NCBI GenBank assembly: GCA_002269645.1
Contig: NIVC01000406.1
Location: forward strand, 563,481-627,480
Length of the DNA: 64,000 nucleotides
Direction: 5' to 3'
Source of the DNA: Macrostomum lignano
Lineage: Eukaryota
Position numbers and translations under genes: made by a program. The notes beneath the pieces are model-generated. The model was not told the origin of the DNA and did no database searches. It saw only the letters and a program-made list of their open reading frames with translations. Shown in pieces: positions 57,379 through 64,000 of the stretch; within the stretch, counting starts at the first letter, position 1, and each line of letters opens with the position of its first letter.

Positions 57379-60019
57379 CCACGAGAAGACTGATGGTAAG
57401 CAGTGCTTACCATGGCCCAACTCAACTTTCTGCCGACCAGAGTAAATTAAATTCTATGGCTAAATTGGTAGTATCCGTTCTTGCCGGATATGGTAAGCAC
57501 TGCTTACCATGAGTATTCTAGGTTTTCTTGTTTTCTGACAATTATAGGCTTTGCATTCTACATTCTTAATTGTTTCGTCAGTAACGTTCCTTTGTGCATT
57601 GGTTCAAAAACACACATTTTGTTCGAAGAGGCTTCAATAAAGTTTGAAATCGAATTAACTAATAACAGAGTTAAACAACAAAAACGAGAATGAAAAACCT
57701 GATAATATTCTGGCTGATCGAACTTACTGCGCATACAGAGCGTACGGCTCGTGCACTACAGAAACTATAACTAGTGAAACTAATATAAATTATCAAGAGT
57801 TGTGAACTAATTTGAGCTAAAGACAAGAGCCAAAAACAGTAAACAGAAAGGATGAAAACTTTAGTTTTAGCAGAAAGTGAGTCCATTCTGCCGATGCTCG
57901 TACTTTAACGCTGCGAATGCCAGCGTTGGAAGCAATCTAACAAACAAAGTCCCGGGCATCCTGGACATCGGCTGCAGAAATAAACTGTGCGCCGGGAACT
58001 GGCAGAACTGTAGCACATTCTGCACCTTTTCGTAGGTCTGGGCTGGGTAGGACGACCTGGGATTTTCTCCGGAAAATGCTGCTCAGAGACTGCAACTGTT
58101 TGCAGCATGGAAGCCGGTCGCTTCCTGCCATTTCCAGTTCGCTCTATCAAATCACGGAAGCTGGCTTCGAGATATCTGATAAAAGTATTCTGGCCACCAC
58201 ACTTGCAGTACAGAACCCAAGCGTTGCGCACCATTTGAAGGCACATATGCAAACCCAGCTTGTGGAACCATTTTGTTGTCTTTCTGCCGGCATCATAGGG
58301 CTGCAGGGTGCCGTCCAGCGTGTCCACTCCACCCATGCAGCGATTGTAAGTTAGCACACTGCGGCTCTTCTGCACTGCCACATGCTGACCAGCTCGATTG
58401 ATCTTGACTTTCTCTGCCTTTGACGCAACGTCCTTCGTGTCCAGCAAATACAAGGTCTTGACTCCACTCTGCTTTCTCTCGACAGCCTTCACAATCAGAA
58501 CACGTCCCTTCCTCGCGAAAGCTACATTATTCGGAACCACTAAAGCCTGCCGAAGCTGAGCCGGAACTCCTCGGTCTGGCCTCACGGTGCCCGTCAAGAA
58601 CGTTGAATGGTCGATAAGGAACTGGGACAACCTGTATGATGTAAACCAGGTGTCGGTAAATATTCTGTACCCCTGGTCCAGAATGTCCTTGGCCAGCTCA
58701 GCTACGATTCGCTCACTGAGAGAAAGATGTTCCCAGTCGTGTGTGGAGCCAAACTTCCGATTTTCTTCTGGAGTTGAGTGCACAAGGAAACTGAAGAGAT
58801 AAGCAGACTTCGACTCACACAGACAGTACATTTTCATGCCGGACTTCGCCCGCTTTGTTGGAATGTACTGCTTAAAACGAAGTCGGCCCTTAAACAGTAT
58901 CAATGACTCATCAATGCTCACTTCACATTCAGGCCGGTAGTTGTTCTTGCAATAAGTTTGGAGCAGATTCATGAATGGACGAATCTTGTGTAGTGGGTTG
59001 GCGCTTGCTTCTTCCCTGCTGTCGTAGAAGCGCAGAAATGTCAGCAGCTGTTTGAATCTATCGCGAGCTAACGCCTCGGGCTTCTGAAAGTAAGGTATGC
59101 AGTGAAAATCGTCTGTGCTCCAGTAGTCATGTAGCTCGGACTTTTTTCAGGCCCATGTACAAGTGCATGCCGACTAGCTTTTTCATCTCGCTTGCGGTGC
59201 AGTCCCGCCAGCTAGATACAATGGACGGAAGGACGTCCGTCTCAGGATCCAGTTCCATCAGCATGGTGGCCACCTTGGCGTTTGTCCATTCAGCGAGGCG
59301 TTGGAAAAGCTCTTCAGAAAGAAACATTTGTAAAAATAAAGACTTATCCTTCTCAACATCCTCAGGAATTAAAAAGTTCGGATTGAGGCCAGCAGTTCCG
59401 GTAAATTCAAAACATTCTGTCCCTTCATCGGACCCAGGCTCGACAAGTCGCCAAAAATTCTCAACTTCAGCAGTATCGCCATCTGCAAACTCCTGTTCTT
59501 CCTCGCCGTCAGGCCCTTCTATGGTTGGAGGATTGCCATCCAGTGCTTCTTCGCCAACCTCCTCGCCAGGCTCCTCGTCTATTGTTAAGTAGGAGTCGAG
59601 GCTTGCTTCACTGTCAGAGGTCATGTAGTCGATCTCAGAGGCAGAAGCCATGTACTTTAGGATATCAGTGAGTAAATACTGTGTCAAATTTAGCGAGAAA
59701 AGGCTAACAAACAAGATGGTAAGAGTGTTACTGTAAGAAAGCTAGTTTTATAGCAAAGGGGACTTGCTGTCTGAGCACAGATTTCTATGGTAAGCAGCGC
59801 ATACCAAGCAGGCAGCAAGTGAAACTGTTTTATTGGCTAAAGCAGTAGTGCTGTTCATTTCCTTCCCGTCTAGCGTGTCAGTTTGAGCCAAGCTGGATCA
59901 GTAAGCCTAGCCAGCAGGAATGGAAGTGACATGCTATGCCAGAAAATATCTATGGTAAGCACTGCTTACCAAGCAGTCGGGAACAGACAAATTATGGATT
60001 CTGGTTAGGCAGGAAGAGG
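57379..60019 (-). mobile_element. piggyBac transposon, about 2.64 kb, between TTAA sites (57375-57378 and 60020-60023)
   Basis: A palindrome TGGTAAGCAGTGCTTACCA occurs twice near each end (about 57395, 57491, 59787, 59951), asymmetrically spaced. The outermost bases match only as CC/GG, so the TIRs are imperfect. Confidence 0.8.
57905..59651 (-). CDS. piggyBac transposase (PGBD4-like), about 581 aa, with a single +1 frameshift in the T6 run at 59142-59147
   Basis: Catalytic DES, FTDTWFTS and MGGVD are present, as is the C-terminal Cys-rich domain CRMC...CSRCPGCPGLC. Removing one base joins the two ORFs via KKSELHDYWSTD...RDRFKQLLTFLRF. Confidence 0.88.
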
Positions 60020-60059
60020 TTAAAGCTGTTTAAATCTTATTTTTCTCTCCCACCCACAG

Positions 60060-61806
60060 GGGCCGATTTCACGAAACACTGCTAACAGCTATTTAGCCAC
60101 TGCTAACTGCCAAAAGCAGTGGCTGGGTTACTCAAAGTGACTGCTAAGTAGCAGCGTCTAGCTGTCTATGACTAGCAGGTCAGATCGGGTGCCGAGGGTG
60201 AGAGAGTTGATTTCACGAAGCTCATTGAACGTGATGCTCGTGTCAGGTCCCCAACACCAATTCCTGGCATGTAACGCGTCCTGGCCGGGAAGTGTGAACG
60301 ACGTTCGCGTGCTGCGTAATAGCAGCGTGTATGATGCGTTCGAGAACGCAGGATTTCGACCATTTCACGATGCAGTCTTATTGGGAGACTCAATCTACCC
60401 ATGCCTTGAATGGCTGGTCCCACCTGTCCACGGTGACAATCTCCCGGTTGCATCTCGGCGGTTCAACCGGGCACATCGAGTGACGCGCTCCTCGGTCGAG
60501 CGGAGCATTGGCCTACTGAAGCTAAGGTTTCCGTGTCTGCGGATGCTGCGCGTGGCGACCCCGAGTTGGCTGGTGAGATTGTGAAGACCTGCGTCACACT
60601 ACACAATCTCTGCAAAAGCATCGAGGGAGAAGTTGACGACAACATCGTTCAGAAATACAACATCACGGAGGAAGAAGACGCTGGAGGACATCATGCCGTG
60701 GCAGCTCACGTTGCTCCTCACGGAGCTCGCCGACGGGACAGGCTTGTGGCCGGTTTCGCGGCACAATGAGTGGCGCTATTGTGGTCTACACTGTGGTTGT
60801 CGTTTGTCAGTGGTAACAAACCATTGCTACTTTACATGCGATAGTTGTGTCCAAATTTGTGTCGAAAGTTTGTTTTGGGTGTTCATGTTTTTGGAAGGAA
60901 GTGGTCACTGTATTACTACATGTACCTTCGGCATATGAAAGCAAAATGGATAAGGCCAAACAGCCCCCTGTCAATTGTCAACGCTTCAATAAACCCATAT
61001 TATCCATTGTGTATTTCCAGCACGATACTATGATGTATTTTTCGTGAAAAACGATTGTAACATCGACATACATGTACTGAAATGTAACAACAGTAGCAGT
61101 AACAACAAACACTGGCACTCTTCCTTCCGATGATCTGCAGCACGAGATCGTCCAGTTCGGTGATTTTGCGCTCAACGCCCCCATCGCTTCCCGTCTTTCT
61201 TCTTTCATCGTTCTTCTTATTGCTCCCAGCCTCAGATTTTTTCAGAGCGTGTCTCTCAGCTGCGTCACCGATTTGTCTACACCGTGAGCCACCATGATGC
61301 TTTGCACTTCGTTCCATGCTTGCAGCTTTCTCTTCTTACCGTCCGCATAGTCGTCGAATTTTTCCATAAGGACATCCTTCCGTCGTAGCATCTCAAGCAG
61401 AAACAGCTTCTTGTTCTCGTTCGACACCATGGCAGAATAGTCACAGACGGATCCGATCCAGCGACAACCAGAGAATGATGTACGCGTCTCCTTTGGTATG
61501 TTTATTACAAAAAGAACTTTTTTGTTCTTTTAGAGTTTAGAACTTCTGCTTCAATAAAGAGGGCGCGAGACACGATAAAGTAAGATGTAGGGCTTTCCTA
61601 TCGCAGAAAAGGCACAAATCAATAATCGTCTTATTGACGCCTCATGTCTATGGCGGAGACCCACGCTAGCATGCTTTTAGCCACGGCTTACTAGCCGTTG
61701 CTTTTTAGCATGGTGTTGTGAAACCACTTTTTCAGACGCGTCTAAATAGCACGGCTAAACTAGCTGCTGCTAACTGCTAACTGCTAGCTGTTTCGTAAAT
61801 CGGCCC
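60060..61806. mobile_element. PIF/Harbinger element, deletion derivative with a transposase fragment (+, about 60215-60770) and a Myb/SANT-like gene (-, 61430-61000)
   Basis: TIR GGGCCGATTTCACGAAAC / GTTTCGTAAATCGGCCC with CAG target duplication on both sides. Motifs WPGSVND, LLGDSIYP, FNRAHRVTRSSVERSIGLLKLRF and CVTLHN. Confidence 0.9.
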
Positions 61807-62104
61807 CAGGAGAAGAATGCTTCACACTCTATTTGGGTTTCAACCATAGACAGTCTCTGTGGACTGCGAAACCGCCACTAAGCATAAGCTAAAGCTTTTT
61901 TAACCATAGACAGTTTCTGTGGACGTGAAACCGCGTTGTGCGTCCGCGCTTCAGCCTACCCATAACACTAATATGGACTGGCTGTTCGGACTGAAATGAA
62001 CTGAAACGCCTCGGCATTTCAGTCCTCAACAGCCAGTCTATATTAATATATTTCATCCACGCTAGCTTCTTACATTCGTCTATTCGCTTTCGCTTTCGCT
62101 TACG

Positions 62105-64000
62105 ATGCCTCTCTCTGCAAGTGAGAAGACGCTTCTGTTAGAGAAGATACGCGACGTCAAGGGAACTTTATTTGGCGAGTTCACCTCGGTGCTAACCAGA
62201 GAAAAACGAACGAACGCATGCAAGTCGTCCGGACTTGCCGTGAGGAATATGGTTTCGATCCGTGTCCCAGCAAAGATTTTACCTACTTGCGTGACACCGT
62301 TTGGCCAAATATTAAGCGCAGAACAATTGAGAAGGTGGATGCCAATAAGAAGACAGGAGCAGATGGTGGAAAGGACAAGCAACTAACCGAAGTTTCTAGA
62401 CATCATCGACAAGAGGTCCGCCATCGTTGTTGGTCTGGATGTCCCGGAGACGTACGAAAGCACGGAGAACAACGCTGGGGACCACCACGCCAATGATGAT
62501 CATCTACTGGAAAGTACAATTCATCATGACGTACAAACGTCCGCTGCTAGCACATCGCCCGGGGCGAGAACGAGCACATTTTCTGGATCGACGCAATCGA
62601 CGCCTAAGCGATCTACTTCGACGGCTTCTAGTGGCAAAGCTACTGTGGACGAAGTTGCACTCAAGAGAAGAAAGATGGAGTTGCAAATCACTGAGCTAGA
62701 AATGCGATCAGAAAACTGGAGACTGCGAAACGAAAAGCTACGGATCGAGATTGAAACTCTCCAAGCACAGCGCAACTGGACAGGTAATTGTGCACCTGCT
62801 ACGCTTTTTAATCAGCTGTAGTCGGTGTTCGGAGTAATGAGTTGCTTCACTGTGCTTCCAGTCTATTTCAGCAGCATTGACATATCGTGACTTTTAGGAA
62901 CGCGGTTGAACAATTTTGTTAATTAGAAGGGTTGAAGTTTAGTTCAATGATGGACAGGTTACTTACAAATACATTAAACGCAACTTGTAACTAGTAGCTA
63001 CCTTTAAAAACTTTAACACTTGCGATCTCATGCCTGTCACTGAATTGAGTTTACGCTTACTGTATAGTTTCCCACTCAACCGGTTAATTTAGAAGTTTCT
63101 GCTTAACATGCGTTTAGCAATTGCTGTTGCAAAGAAATATCGTTGGAAAATAGAACCGCTAACGTTTATCCAAATGTACGTTTGCTAAATACCCTCGTCT
63201 CTAATACCGTTCGTCCGCATCTCTGTTGTCGACTAATATCGTTATACATAATAACAATGCGAGCAATGCGAAGCAGTTTTTTGTTAAGAGCAGGCAATTT
63301 TTAATTCAAATACATTGAATTGAGTAAACATTCGTACAATTATCAGTTGTTCAATGCATCAATTGCACAATTTGTTGTCTTCTTCCCTCCTCGGCGGCAT
63401 CGTCCACTTCTTCCGTGTAGTCCTCTTCTGCAGCGACGTAGTCTTCTAGTCCATCCACATCTGTGTTGGGCAACAGCAGGTTATGAAGAGCAACGCAGCA
63501 GCGAATAACATTGCATCCAAAAACGGGATCGAATGGTAAACTCGACTGTAGACAGCGAAAACGTTGCTTGAGTATCCCGAATGCACACTCGACACGCGAA
63601 CGCGTCCGTTTGTGCGCCCTATTATATGCGCGCTCCTGAAACGTGACGGCCTGCTGCAATGGGACTAGAAGATAGTTTCGATTGGGGTAGCCACTATCTC
63701 CAAGCAGATAACCATTGGGGTATGGACGCCAACCAGCATCCAGAAGATCTCAGAGCGTACTTTGACGAAAAACCCGCGCATCGTTAACTGCACCAGGCCA
63801 CTTAGCGACACGTATAAAAAGCGATAGCTTGCATCGCATACGAGCATTGCGTTGATTGACGGGTAGCCGTGGCGATTGATATACTGTTCAGGAATTGTCG
63901 TGTGGCTTTCGAATCCTGACGTGTGTTCCGTCGATGCAGCCAATGACACACGGCAATTGAGCGATATCCCGAAAATCGTGTAAGAGCCGTTGCATTTCGC
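62105..64000. mobile_element. Second PIF/Harbinger element, degenerate: Myb-like gene (+, 62105-62790) and transposase (-, 63351 to the window end)
   Basis: YINRHGYPSINAMLVCD, YNRAHKRTRSRVECAFGILKQRFRCL and CVALHN. The partner ORF has LRDTVWPNIK...KTGADGG, similar to the first element. Frameshifted, and runs off the window. Confidence 0.85.

Noticed and set aside
1-64000. rRNA, tRNA or prokaryotic defence system
   Set aside because: None recognisable in the window.

Overview
Eukaryotic (metazoan) genomic DNA with GT-AG introns, GC-rich exons, AT-rich spacers and many minisatellites. The overall style suggests a flatworm such as Macrostomum, but that is inference only. Genes rebuilt by hand from splice sites: an innexin (-), an orphan hydrophobic ORF (+), a two-pore K+ channel (-), three fibrinogen-related genes (+; two intact with signal peptide + PAN/apple + FBG domains, one pseudogene), a secreted CULT/cereblon-domain protein (-), a translin-like exon (-), TEX47/DYBLUF (+) and WDR63/DNAI3 (+). 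The main surprise is the two giant Arg-rich minus-strand ORFs (13.2-16.5 kb and 25.2-30.9 kb). They look like protamine or repeat noise in the ORF track. Each has a 51-nt upstream exon that splices in frame to give a classic signal peptide (MRLILLAACAALLCTLV|LSAPPP), and the repeat variants are mostly synonymous in the Arg frame. They are therefore predicted to be secreted polycationic repeat proteins, about 56% Arg in the core unit, of about 1062 aa and about 1885 aa. They sit in a tandemly duplicated cassette (9332-17268 and 19976-31753) together with a fibrinogen-related gene. Mobile elements include a deleted DIRS/Ngaro-type element, a LINE-RNaseH/Gypsy-integrase chimera, a deleted Tc1, MITEs, Harbinger elements, a Crypton-like fragment and a piggyBac whose transposase is broken by only one homopolymer base.
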